Positions 10,995-22,881 of a DNA stretch of 64,000 nt are shown here, one piece after another. The translations under genes and the position numbers were made by a program. Origin of the DNA: Trichodelitschia bisporula (lineage: Eukaryota). Position 1 is the first letter of the stretch. Each line of letters begins with the position of its first letter. Location of the stretch: the NCBI GenBank assembly GCA_010356995.1, contig ML996696.1, positions 64,364 through 128,363 of the forward strand, written 5' to 3'. The notes beneath the pieces were generated by a model. That model was not told where the DNA came from. It did not search any database and worked only from the letters and a program-made list of their open reading frames with translations.

Positions 10995-11376
10995 CTACCT
11001 TTTTCGTTGTTTAGCCCGCCAAGCACCGTAATCTTGTGGACCTTCCCACGTCGATGAGTCTGTTCGATGCTTCGAATGGTGTTTTTCGTGAACCGCTCGA
11101 GAGGCCATGGCTTTCATTGCGCCTGCAGAGTGTTAGCAGGGTCAGAAAAGAGAAGAGGGGCAGTGACTTACCGTCGGAGGGTCCACCTGATGAACCAGAT
11201 CGATTGGGTGCTGGTGTTTTGGCTGCAGGTGGCTTGCGAGGGGCTTTGTCGACAACTGGTTGCTTCCCTTGTGCCTTGCTGCTCAGGCCGACGGAGGGTT
11301 GTGGCGCAGGGCGAGAGATGGGGCGGGGCTTATCGAGGCCGGTGTCGCCGGAGGGCGCTGAGCTGCAGCAACCCAT
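10995..11376 (-). CDS. Small (~110 aa) disordered basic protein with N-terminal MGCCSS lipidation motif; intron 11123-11171
   Basis: ATG GGT TGC TGC AGC TCA start; intron GTAAGT..GCTAAC..CAG joins ...GGPSDG to AMKAMASRAVHEKHHSKHRTDSSTWEGPQDYGAWRAKQRKR*. Confidence 0.65.
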
Positions 11377-11600
11377 CGTGAAGATCGCGAAAATTGGAAT
11401 CGGTTGATGAGGGTCGAGTCAACGAATCGAAGAAGAGGATCGGTGAATACAGCTCCGAGCTCAGGCAAGTGACATGTTAACACTTGACTGGCTGGAGGAA
11501 CGACAAGAGGCAAAGATGAAAGACGTTGAAATGGGTTCCGCGGGCTTCATGCCCGTCGGCGAGGAAAAGAAGAAGAGGAGCGGAGAGGGGGGGGGCGCCT

Positions 11601-12188
11601 CTACTTATAGGTTCTGAGGGCACGGAAGGTCGGTGTCTGTGGGGACGGAGGAGTCGGCGTCGGAGATCTTTGCGGTGGATGGCGAACCATACTTGCGACT
11701 GATAAACATTGTGAACTTTGGGTGGCCCAGCCTCCATCCGTTGTTGAAGTTGCTGGGGCCCCAGATTCTGGGTCCACCACATTCCCGTCAGTCTTCGGGG
11801 TAGCGGAGATGGTGTTCCAGACCCCCACCGTTACCGAGCCGTGCAATGTGATGTTCGATACTGATACCATTAGGACTCAACAGATATCCCAAGCTCCGCA
11901 GGTGTCACACTCATACCATTTGGTGCATTGTATGAAGAGGTCAGGGTCACCGTAAAGATGGTGGCCGTTTTGACCGCGCGTCTTTGCGGACGCGGGCGGC
12001 CATACTTTTGAGTATTGCGTTGAGTCCTTGGTGGTTCCATATGGGCGCGCAAAGGCCAGGGACTTTATCTCTGTGGGTGGCGGGATCACGAATGCAGCTT
12101 GTTGGGCGGTACTACTAGCCGGGGGGGGGGTGCGCTGTAGAGCCGTACTAATGGCGGAGGTCGGCTGCAGATCTGACCGCAGATGCAT
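11601..12188 (-). pseudogene. Possible degraded ZZ-type zinc-finger gene fragment
   Basis: WYECDTCGAWDIC resembles the ZZ YxCxxCxxxDLC half but is followed directly by TGA; the frame continues to 11601. Confidence 0.25.
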
Positions 12189-14165
12189 GCAAGGTACAAT
12201 CGGTAGATCGGAGTGAGGGATATTGTTTAGCCCAACGCCCTACCCCACCCAGATCGCTCTCCGACGATCGATCGGACCCTGCAGGTGGCTGGTGACTCCG
12301 AGGGCGATATCGCTTTGGATACGGATATCACCAAAATGTGGCTGACTCACGATCGTCGGGATTTTGGTACTAGTCGAGTGTGACGGCTAGTCGGTGATTG
12401 AGCGGATGGCGGCGGAAGCATTGCGTCATGACGATGACGGAGGGAGCGTGCTGGGGGGTACTGGTGGCGGGGGCCAGGGAGAGGTCTGGAGCGCGGTACT
12501 GACAGCGAATTAAGCCTGTGGAGCGGTGCTGACGACGAACGAAGCGCGTGGGCTGCATCGCTGGCGGAGGGGGCCTGTGGCCGTACCGATTTCGGAGGAC
12601 GCTGAGGCCATACCAAGAAAGAACCTGATGGAGCGGAACCGTAAGAGGCCGGAAGAGATCGTGACGAAGTCGACAGTGTCGTACTGCAGTCCACCGTCGT
12701 GAGCCGTGGTCGCTGTTGCTCAAGATCTCGATCGATGTCGCCCCTTCCCATTTCATCTGCGCATGGAGGCTTTAGTTGCATTGCGAGATGATTGACTGTA
12801 CTACATCGATCAGCTCAACTCTTAATGCACTACGAATAACAACTCCATTACCAAATAATTGTGCTGGAGCCGACGCAACTTGGGCCGAAGCGACTTTCGG
12901 GCCGTGAGTCGCTTTCTCGCGTTCGGATCCGAGACGACGGAGGCGCACGGTCGGTGAGATTTGCCGGCCGGGACGACGTAGGCGTGTGATCGGTGAGCTT
13001 CGCCGGCCCGCCTCCGCGGGTGAGATACCGAGCCGTAAGCTGTTTGCTCCCGAAACTTGAGCGTCATATTCCTGTCTCGATGTTAAAACGGGCGGTACAG
13101 GAATACTCGACGGTCCTCCATCGGGGATCCTGGAACAGAAACCGTGGAAGAGAAAATACCTGGAGGAATGGCTGTATATCTGTACACGCAGCAGAAGTCG
13201 TGCCATCACACCGGAGTGGTTCTTCAAAGGCTCGGTCGTCCGGTGTGAGGGAGACTGGTAATCGTAAGTTAAAAGTTCAAGAAGAAGCCGAAGCAACACG
13301 CGAAGTCGAGGCTATCAGAAGGTGGCCAAAGAGACGCAAGGAATAATATACCTATGAAAGCGATACGTCCCTTGCGCAGAAACATCGCCTCCAGCGCCTG
13401 GCAAACTACCAAAGTGCTGATAACTTTCCTCTCCGGTATATGTAGTTGCTGGTACTGCGGTTCTGCAAGACATGTCGTCCAGTTTACGTTCCACATATAC
13501 GTCACCATCACCCCACCCAAGTACATCTGGGGTCCAAGGGTCACAGAATCAAGCGTGACCCTCCTTTCCTTCTGCCTGGTGCGCAGCACACTGCAAAGGC
13601 CATGAGAGGCGGCCCTGATTTTCGGTTGCGTGGCCATGGTCGTACTCACGTTGCTGACAACGGCCCCTGTACCCCTTGTTCAACGGGTTGATTGGGAAGC
13701 ATTATGCGACGGAAAAGCGTCAAAGGAAGATGGTAGATGCGAGTGGCGCCTCTGGGTCTGCCTCGGTGCGTTAGAGCGACGACTTCACTTTCGTGTGCCG
13801 TACCATAACATCAGGCTTCATCTAGAGGAAACGGATGGGCGAAGCATTCGAGATGGCATCAGCCTTGCGTCTCTAAATTGCGCCAAGAATGCCTTGCAAG
13901 CGACATCCAACCCCATCAATCCTCGCGCACTAGAACTAGCCTCAACCAATGAGCAAGGCTTCCAAAAGCTTGACCCAACACCATCAAACATCCTCCCTAT
14001 CTCCCCAAAAAATCTCGGTCACTATTTCCCCGCCTCCGGCCCGTAACCCGCACAGCCACCCAGCCCCACGGCCCGGCCCGCCCCCTACTCCCCGCGCCAC
14101 ATCCTGCACTACACTCGGCGCCGCGCCGGCATCATCCGCCAACCTCACCGCGATTGACACCAACC

Positions 14166-15161
14166 ATGCCCTCTCTCAGCACCGCCCTCTCGTACGCCCT
14201 CCTCGCCATCCCGCTCTACCTCTTCCTTGGTGTACCTCTCCAAACACTCGTCTCCCCCGCCCCACGCCGCGTTGCCCCCTTACTCAGAAAAACAGACGCT
14301 CTGAGTGTGCCGGACCCATACCTGCAGTGCCCGGAACATGGCTACCAAGTGCGCGTGGTGCATCGCGAGCCGCTCGTTGTGTATGTCAAGGGTTTCTTGA
14401 GCGAGCCAGAGAGGGCGGGGTTGCTTTCTGCTGCGTATGTGTCGTGCTCGTGGCTTGCGAACCCAGCTGACGGCTCCTTTAGGTCAGAGTTCTCCCCCTC
14501 GCCGCTGACCTCCGGATCCGAAACAGCCCTCAACACCGCCATCCGCAACTCCTCGCGCGCAACACTGCCGCGCTCAGACATGGTACGGTGCATTGAGGCG
14601 CGGGCAGCGGCACTACAGGGCGAGAGGCTCGACGTGTTCGTCGAGAAGCTCTGGTTGCAGCGCTATGAACCCGGAGGACACTATGCGCATCATTTTGACT
14701 GGAGTGGGGATTTAAGGGCGCGGGGTGCGGGGCGGGTGGGCTCGTTTATGGTGTGGGTGCGGGAGCCGGCGGCTGGTGGAGGGACGGATTTTCCGAGGTT
14801 GAGACATCCGGGGCGTCAGGGGGGGTGGTGTGGGTTTGTGGAGTGTGGAGATGGGGAGGAGGAGGGGCTTGGGATGGGGGAGGAGGAGGTTGGGGTTACG
14901 TTTAAGCCTGTTGCTGGTAATGCGGTGTATTGGGAGAATTTTGCGGCTGATGGGACGGGCTATGAAGAGACATGGCATGCTGGGTTGCCAGTTACGGAGG
15001 GGGTGAAGATTGGACTGAATATCTGGAGCTGGTATCAGCCTGGATATACGGAGCTGTTGCTGCGGGAGGCGCAGGCGGCTGGGACGGCGGGGACGGACGG
15101 AGAAGCGGGCGGTAGCGGAGAAGAGATGAGAGACCGGAAAGCCGGCGAGGGTGAATTGTAG
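14166..15161 (+). CDS. Prolyl 4-hydroxylase alpha-like 2OG-Fe(II) dioxygenase with N-terminal membrane anchor; probable in-frame 48-nt intron 14435-14482
   Basis: EPLVVYVKGFLS, LQRYEPGGHYAHHFDW (HxD), GGGTDFP, TFKPVAGNAVYW, WHAGLPVTEGVKIGLNIW. Confidence 0.9.
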   Translation: MPSLSTALSYALLAIPLYLFLGVPLQTLVSPAPRRVAPLLRKTDALSVPDPYLQCPEHGYQVRVVHREPLVVYVKGFLSEPERAGLLSAAYVSCSWLANPADGSFRSEFSPSPLTSGSETALNTAIRNSSRATLPRSDMVRCIEARAAALQGERLDVFVEKLWLQRYEPGGHYAHHFDWSGDLRARGAGRVGSFMVWVREPAAGGGTDFPRLRHPGRQGGWCGFVECGDGEEEGLGMGEEEVGVTFKPVAGNAVYWENFAADGTGYEETWHAGLPVTEGVKIGLNIWSWYQPGYTELLLREAQAAGTAGTDGEAGGSGEEMRDRKAGEGEL

Positions 15162-15399
15162 TTCCCACCTAGAGCATGTACTTGTAACCTTTGGTCGGCC
15201 AGCGCGGGGAGATGCATTCAATCGGGAGAAGTAGAATGAACGCGAGGATCAAACAAACAAACTGTCTAGCTGATAAGACCGCTAGCCCTCCAGCCCGTCA
15301 CTCAGGCCTCGTCTAGCGTACTCTCAATGCCTGTACTATGAAACGCAGGTTCTTGTAGCGCGCGGGGGGTGGAACAGAAACTTGGGCTAAAACTACACG

Positions 15400-15718
15400 C
15401 CACTCCATACGCCTCCGACTCCCGCCCTCCTCCGATTCTCCATCTTCCTCAGACTCCCCATACTCCTCCGATTCCTTATCCTCAGCCGCCTCGACCGTTG
15501 ACTCCGTATTCTACTCACTGGCCAGCTTGAATCTCGCCCGGTCTATTGTCCAATTGTACGCCAGCAAGGCGAGTGCCGTCAAGGGCACCGTTATGATAAC
15601 CAAGACCCATATGCGCTGCGCGTCGGACAAAAACTGGGATGTACTGGAAAAAGGCATCGAAAGGAGCGTGGTTACGGCGGTGCCAGGGAGGAAGATCAGT
15701 GTCATCACTGCGATTCCC
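15400..15718 (-). pseudogene. Tandem duplicate of the terminal two-TM exon of the CorA-like gene
   Basis: IAVMTLIFLPGTAVTTLLSMPF..IWVLVIITVPLTALALLAYNWTIDRARFKLASE* repeats 15735-15963; it has no splice acceptor of its own. Confidence 0.8.
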
Positions 15719-15797
15719 CATCTTCCTCCAACTCCCCATTGTCTTCCGACTCCTCATTCTCCTCGCTGGCCAGCTTCCGTCTCGCGCGGTTCATAGT

Positions 15798-17461
15798 TCA
15801 ACTGTACCCAAGCAAGGCGAGCTCCGTCAGAGGCACCGTGATAATGACCCAAACCCACATGCGCTGTGCGTCAGACAGGTAGTGTGAGGTGTTTAAGAAG
15901 GGCATTGCAAGGAGAGTAGTCACAGCGGTGCCGGGGAGGAAGACCATTGTTATGACCGCGATCTATAGAATTAGGTTACGGGCAAGGCGAAGTGGCGTGG
16001 TAGGAGGGTACCGTTTTCATGGCCACACTGTCTTCTTTCATGCTGCGCGCCACCCGGTAGGCGGTTCTCGTCTCACGCCGAGTTGATTGCAGGATGCGCT
16101 GCATGGTTGCGTTACTGTCGACTTGCATACGGTTGTATATCTGGGTCGGTCAGTCGGCTTCCGGAGAGGCGCATCCGGGAACGTACCTGGTCAAAGCAGT
16201 TATCGACTCTGTTTTTCACCCCCTCCAGATCCGTTCTCAGGATATCGGCTTGTGTCTGCAAGTACATCAAGTTACTCGCGGTACAAGTCCATCTCGTAAT
16301 CTGTGCAGCGTCATTTCCGCTCGGCTTCATGTCTTCATGCAGCCTTCTGATCTCCTCTATGATCTTAACATAATAGGCTATCCACTGTTGCATAGTCTGC
16401 AGGTATGATTGATAGCCAAAGAGGTTCCGGGTGGTATACCTGGAGGCCGCTGAGTTACTTTTGCCGTTGGCCTTTGATTTTTTTCGAATTCTTCCTATGA
16501 GTGATTAAGCGAGCCCTTTTAAACAAGACTGATGCCCACCTTTTCAAAAATCTGCTGCAATAACCGCACCATGCTTTCCTGCCACCCAGCTAACGGCTGC
16601 TCTAGACACGGTAGCAATATTTGAAGACCCGTTTTGACCATCGACTCGTCATTGCTTAACGCCTCCAAACGCTTCGCTATGTATTGGAAGTCCAAGGCGG
16701 AAGCCGAGGCATGACCAAGGAAGCTATGGAGTACGAAAATAGTGGTAGTCTTCGAAGGCTCATCGCGGGATATGAAAGCTGCTGTTCTTTGCGACTCGAC
16801 CCTATTTTTCTCGGTGAACGTGAAGGGAAGCATCATCCAATAGTTCCATGACTTTGCAGAGTGGAGCGGTTGGAAGCTCGAGCCCATCACATCAAGGAAC
16901 GCACAAAGGGACCTAAGAAAATTGGCGGGGAAGTGGAGGAATTCGGCCAAGGAGAAGAGCGTATACATTGTAAGCGGGAAGCACGGGTTAGATAGGTCGC
17001 TTATACTCGTACCTTTTGCTGCGTGTGCTAGCACGGAGAAGTAGCGCAGCCCGTTAAAGGCAAGGACTGCTTCGCTGAGAATCTTATCGAAATTGGCGTC
17101 GTTTACTCCTCGCATCTGGAGTTTCGAGCCCTCGGGACAATCGTTCGGCAGGAAGCCGTACTTGAAGTCAGTTTTGTTGGGGATACCCCAGAGCATGGTT
17201 TCATCCAAGTATTCCTGAATGTCAGGCCGGTGTTTACTACGTTTCGTTCATGAATAAGTACGAATATCAGAGAGTCAAAGACGGACGAAGGACGTACAGA
17301 GTGGGCAGGATGTAGCCGGCGGGGAACCTGGACGGAGCCGCATGCGAGCGGGATGCTGCACTACTTGACGTATGTCTGTTGGACAGCTCCACGCTCGGAT
17401 TGGTGCTGATTCCTGCGCCATTCGGCGCTGACACGCCGGACAGCTCCACGTCGGGTGGCAT
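15798..17461 (-). pseudogene. Fungal CorA-like (two C-terminal TM helices) gene, 5 exons, with an apparent frameshift near 16480 and a TGA where the duplicate has TGG
   Basis: Spliced C-terminus MKEDSVAMKT|IAVITMVFLPGTAVTTLLAMPF..MWVWVIITVPLT is the CorA-like DSxxMKxIAxxTxxFLP motif. Exon 3 is in frame only if the A7 run (16478-16484) is A8. Confidence 0.7.
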
Positions 17462-18473
17462 CTTGACAGATGGGGGCAGGTGAAATCTCGGACATCAGCC
17501 GGCACGGCATAATGAAGGGTATTAGTACTAGATGTTGTCAATCAGGCTGGGGCCAGTGCCGAAAGCTGAGGCCGGGCACCTCAGCCTGTGGCCGCATCCA
17601 GGCGCATCTCATGATGTGGCATCGACTTGGTGAGAACGCCTCGCTCAGCCTCACCATTTTCAAGTTCAGGATTGAGCGACTAACCTTATTGGTGTGTTGC
17701 AGTGTCACCTCAATAGGAACATGCACTCAAGCACCACCCCCAATCGCTCGGAAGGCCGCCAGGAAATCGTGCCCATCGTCCATACGATTCATGCGGCACT
17801 TTGACCCGATCGAGCTCGAGAATTGTGGATGTTCGATTCCCTAGCAAATAAAGCAACAAAAACGACACGAGGAACGTATGGGAAAAGCAAAGCTTTGGAT
17901 TCTGATTCCGACTTGAGATGAAGAAAGACACAAGACGAAGGCAAACTCTTCTAATACACGGATTTATATGGCAGGAATCCCCGTAAGTCCTCCCTCAATT
18001 ATCCTTTGGCATACGCCATCATAGTCATGTTGTTACTAGACCATTTCTAAGGGCATTGGGACGTGAAAGATACATGGTATGTGTGTGGACAGAATGAATT
18101 GAGTATGAAAGCATGAGGAGGGGAACTCCAGCTACTCTGGAGCCCTATATGTAGCCCTGCAGCACGTGCTCTTGGGCCACGTGCCTTGTCATTGTTGCTT
18201 GAGGCTCACGGCACGTGCGTACAATATGGTAATTGCAAAAGTAATTGGAAGACAGGGGGAAGAAGAAGAGCTCGAGGCTCCTCACGGACTATGTACGAGA
18301 TACTGTGCGGGCTTGCCTCACACCTTCCTCCATCCCGTAGTCGCGTCATGTTGGGCTGTGCCGTGCTTTCTCTGACTTATCCCGTCACGTGATAACAATG
18401 TCTGCCTTATGGCCTAATCTCCTCTGCTCCCACACCCACAGGTTAATCCATAACACCTTGCCACGTAATATGC

Positions 18474-19050
18474 TCATACATCGTACTCACACGAGAGGAT
18501 CAGGATGTTGGACCGCGACCGCAAGAACATCAGACCACCTGCCGTTTGATTCCATTTCGTGAGCTTCGCGGCATCTAGTCCATTTGGCTTCCAGCCATCA
18601 TGGAGCCTGATAACCTCCTGGATGATACTGGGTAGCAAGGCCATCAAGGCTCGTCTAGGCTGCAGGTACAACTGGAGATCAAAGATCCGCTGGCTGCCAT
18701 AGTTGGAGCCCGCCGTATTTGTTCCTGCCGTCCGCATTACGTCCATTTCGGCTGTTTCCTACGGGCAAGAGCCATCAGAAAGTGGGCCTTCATAAACAAA
18801 ATTTAATACCTACCACGCAAGAAGCCTCTCGACCTGACCACTTCACGGTTCTCAGCTACCCAACTACTGACCTCTCTCGGTACGGTAGCAACATCTCAAG
18901 TCCCGTTTTGGCATTCTACTGGTGGCCACCGTCCATAAGGTTCATGCGGCACACCAGTAGGTGGTAGGCATTGGTTTTGATGATACTCTTCACAGTGTCG
19001 GAGTGTTCAAGGTTGCGCAGCAGCATTTGCATGCCCAAGAAGCCGACCTC
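18474..19050 (-). pseudogene. Degraded paralog of the CorA-like gene (middle part)
   Basis: KTGLEMLLPYRERSVVG* matches KTGLQILLPCLEQPLAGW; IIQEVIRLHDGWKPNGLDAAKLTKW matches IIEEIRRLHEDMKPSGNDAAQITRW; intron at the same position. Confidence 0.8.
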
Positions 19051-20164
19051 GACTTTTCAATACTCGGGACGCGAAGGCGGAGAAAGGCGGGCGGGAGCTT
19101 CATGTTTGGTATTGTAGAAACGAATGGAAGAGCAGAAGCTGGGAAAAGATCTCATAGTTAGCTACCCGTCGGGGCAAAGCAACGGAGGTAGAGGGAAGTG
19201 TGATGAAGGAAGAGAGAGAGAGGTGAGCGCGAAAGCCGCTGAAGCGGGAATCGAGAAAGGCGGGGGAACGTACGGTAAACGAGGTTGGATGATCTGATAC
19301 TGGTGCGGCCAGGCCGGTGCAAATACCGGAGGTCTCGTGGAGCGCTCCTACTGGCTGAATAGACAGCAGGCGTATGATGGGAGCAAAGCTCAATATATAG
19401 GCATTGGCAGCTGTGTAAACTGGAGATTGTAGTAGAAGACAAAGAGAGGAAGAGAGGAAGAGACTGTCGAGACTTAAATACACGATGCCAAGTATCCTCC
19501 TTTGCGCCTTCCTTCTGTCATACCTTCATTACATGATAACCCTGAGTACGTACCTTCCTGACATAACAATGCTCCTTCCATATCCACATCACTACCTAGA
19601 GTAAGAGCCCGGGGGCTCTATTGCTCTTGCCCGCACGTCACCGCTCAAACTAGATATAATGACGTCAAATGTTCCCCTTCACTTCCCTAGTCGCGGGTGT
19701 ACCTTCTGCAACTCACAATGGGCCTTTCAATGGGCATGGCTGCTCCTTCCGCACGGTAGTGACTGCATAACATGTGATCAAGGCATATATGAACCTCACG
19801 GTGATGCAGCCCGGTTGGCGGAGTCCATAGTCGTCGAAGGAAGACTCGTGATGCGGTCGGATCATGATGCAATTGAAGTATTCACAGCAAGCATTCGTGG
19901 CAAGTTTCACTTTTTTGGTTATCTAGGAACCCGCAACCAGATCCACTGCCATCCTCCAACTATACACAACAATCCACAAGTGCCAACCAAATGGTTGGAT
20001 ACCGACCAATTCCGTATGATCAAAGATGACTATCCAAGTCCGCGACAGCCTTCGACGATCTGCTCAGAAGTATTTAGCGTGCGGGGGCTTTAGCTGGGCT
20101 GTCGAGAATGTTGCTAACAGATTTAGATCCGGAATCACAAAGAGCGAGTGAGCTTACCAGTCGT

Positions 20165-21313
20165 TTACTCGGGATCCTCATAGATCTCGAACGGGGTGTC
20201 CGAGCTTGAGTGCTGAGAGACCGAGGAAAGGAGCTCGTAATGAGCTGGCTGGATCTCTGCCTGGAAGGGAACGGTCTCCTGGACATTGGGAAGCTCCCCG
20301 AGAACTTAGCGATGCCCATTGAGCTGCTGCGGCATCAGAGGCGCCACCAGGGAACCAGAGTCGATGTGGGAGTTCTCGAGAGCCGGAAGGATGTTCTCTT
20401 CATTTTCGTTCGAACAGATGTTCTCCTGATCATCATACGGATCGAAGTTCTCTTGATCATCAAACAGAGCGATATTATCTTGATCCTCGTCGTACTAAGG
20501 GATATTTTCCTGATCCTCATCGTACGGAGGGATGTTCTCCTGATCTTCATCGTTCTCTTCCTCGTCCGCCTCCCAATAGAGCTCAACCTCGTCGGGACGC
20601 ACGACAGTGCCATCGTACCAGACATTGACACGGTCCGAGCAGTATTGGTTGAAGTCGCTCATCAACTCATCGTCCCCGATCCAGGCCATCTCGAGCGCAC
20701 GGTCGCACACAGCAAAATGATACCCGTCCCACTGGAGCAACGGAATGACGTGGTTCCCCTCGAGCAAGAAGAACGCAGAATAGTCGCTGCGGCCCTGTGC
20801 GTGGACTAGCAGCCGGTTCTCACTGATGGGGAATCCATCGCGATGGAAGTCGGACATGACCCGGTGCTCAAATTCGTCGATCAGGTGGTTCGCCACGGCG
20901 CGTGGGTCGATGTCGATAAGAGGACGGCCTACGAACTGCATGAAGGGCGAGTTGACGGGATGGACATCCTCAATCTCTGCGTGCTCCGAGAACTGCGAGG
21001 CGGCGGCATCGTCGGCTTCCTTGACTTCGTCCAGAGTATTCCCCTGAGTGGCGTTGGTGACATCGGCCTGGGTATCATCGATCTCCTTGACTTGACCGAG
21101 AGTATTCCTCTGAGTGGCGTTCGCAGCAGCGACCTGACCATCGTCCTGCTTGGCACCGCTGTCGTACTTGATGTCGTCGTCAACGTTGCCGGCAACAGAC
21201 TGGACACTGTCCTCCAGGTCCACGAAGTCATCACACTTGACCCGCTTCACAGCGCCGCCATGGATCGGGCTGTCAACTGGACGCGAGCTCCGATAGTGCT
21301 TCTTCGACGGCAT
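20165..21313 (-). pseudogene. Acidic low-complexity protein gene; open to 20495, then continues in frame through TAG/TAA stops
   Basis: 272-aa ORF with a 22-aa internal duplication (NATQ.NTL..VKE.DD). DQENI repeats continue past TAG 20495 and TAA 20306 to TAA 20165. Confidence 0.55.
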
Positions 21314-22353
21314 GCTTGCGATGGTTGCTTGTGTACAGTGCCATTAGAAGACTGTTTATATTGTGGATGAATGATTGTGACGCGTAAAGTGACGCGAACT
21401 TGGGCGACTGATAATAACGGAACGGTCCGTCCAAGCACTATTTACCAAATCTAGAAATGTATGGCAGGCGAAGATTGCAAAGAGCCGGTACTTGCAAGAG
21501 AGAGCGCTTGAGCAAGATGTATGATTGAGGCCAACAATGAGGGCGAATGCAATGTGGTGAGGATGCGAGATTGAGGAGCAGAGTGTGTACGGTTGTTGAG
21601 GGAAAGGAATTGTCGAACAGCAGGTAAGGGCTACTATCGACTGCCAGGAAGCTAGCCGTTTCGAGAAGAATTGGGGTGTGAATGAAGACAAACAACGTTT
21701 ATCCTGAGACCCGGAGCCAAAAGGACCGATGGCGGGCGCCAAGAGAACAGCGGCTTCCGTTGGGGTGGCTGTGCTGTCGGTATCGATATACAAATGTCCG
21801 GTCCGAGGTTGGGGCCGACGGAAACGTTCGATTGACGACGCTTGAGAGATGAGACTGGGGAAGGAGGAGCTTGTTCGGCGGCGTCGGGGATAATGACCGC
21901 TGAGGCGATCGATCTGCGGAGGTTAGAAGGGGCTATCATGTAAGAATAGGGAACGGACTGATCGTCTTGGGGCATATATGCCTCATTGTTCGAGGCTTGT
22001 ATATGGGGCCATTCTCTGGGCCGATCCCCGCTGCGATGGGGGAGACTCGGCCTCATCCTTCTCCGGATTGAGGTCAACAATGCCTTGAGCAGTTATACTG
22101 GTGTGCTCGGTATAGTTCTGGCTTAGATGATCAGCAGCTTCCCTCATGCTTCAGGAGTGATGAACATAGTATCTCACCATACTTTATAGATGCAGGGCTG
22201 ATATGCCGTACTGAGATATATACCCCCTGACATGTCCAAGAGCCCTCTTTCGCTCCAAATATGGACGAGTCAGCGTGGACTCCATTGACGCTGGCAATAA
22301 TTGATAATTTTCATGGCAAACTTCGTTATGATTCAGTGCAGCTTCATCGCTCA

Positions 22354-22691
22354 GGTGGTGCGTTTGGAATTTGGCGCTGAAGTCGAACGCTAAAGGAGGT
22401 CCAGCGGAAGGACATAACCGATGGCCAAATGAATGGCGAGGTGAATGACCAAGTAGATAACCGAATGAGAATCAAATCGTAATCCAGTGAAGATCAGAAA
22501 AGAGACATGATGATTTGGGTCAGCCTCATCGCTAAGGTGGCGCGTTGGGAATTTGGGGCTGAAGTCGAAATTCGAACGCTAGAGGAGGTCCAACGGAAGG
22601 ACATGGCCAACGGCCAGGTAAATATCCAAGTAAATAACTAAGTAGACCCAGGTGAGGATCAAGTCGTAACCAAGTGAAGATCAAAGGACAT
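22354..22691. repeat. Diverged ~155-bp direct repeat upstream of eIF3k
   Basis: GGTGG.GCGTT.GGAATTTGG.GCTGAAGTCGAA..GGAGGTCCA.CGGAAGGACAT..AGTGAAGATCA at about 22354-22508 and 22536-22691. Confidence 0.85.
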
Positions 22692-22881
22692 CCAAAGTGT
22701 AAAGGTATCAAGCCATCCCGCCCCCCAAGACCCGACGTCCAAACAACATTTTCCGCCTCAGGCCCAAAAGAAAACGCCACCATCGCCTGCCGAGAGCCCA
22801 CTCCAAAACTCCAACCCCATCATCACCGCCGCGCCCTCACCGCAAAAAATCCCCCACCAACCACCCACCACACCCTCCACC

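Noticed and set aside
19659..20093. 144-aa ORF with two CxxC motifs
   Set aside because: No recognisable family; lies in low-GC degenerate DNA; evidence too weak to call a gene.
15798..20497. In-frame stops as A-to-I editing-corrected stop codons
   Set aside because: The CorA-like stops co-occur with frameshifts and the stop at 20495 is not a Trp position in sister repeats; decay is the simpler explanation.
20210..20809. 199-aa hydrophobic plus-strand ORF with repeats
   Set aside because: Antisense of the acidic DQENI repeats.
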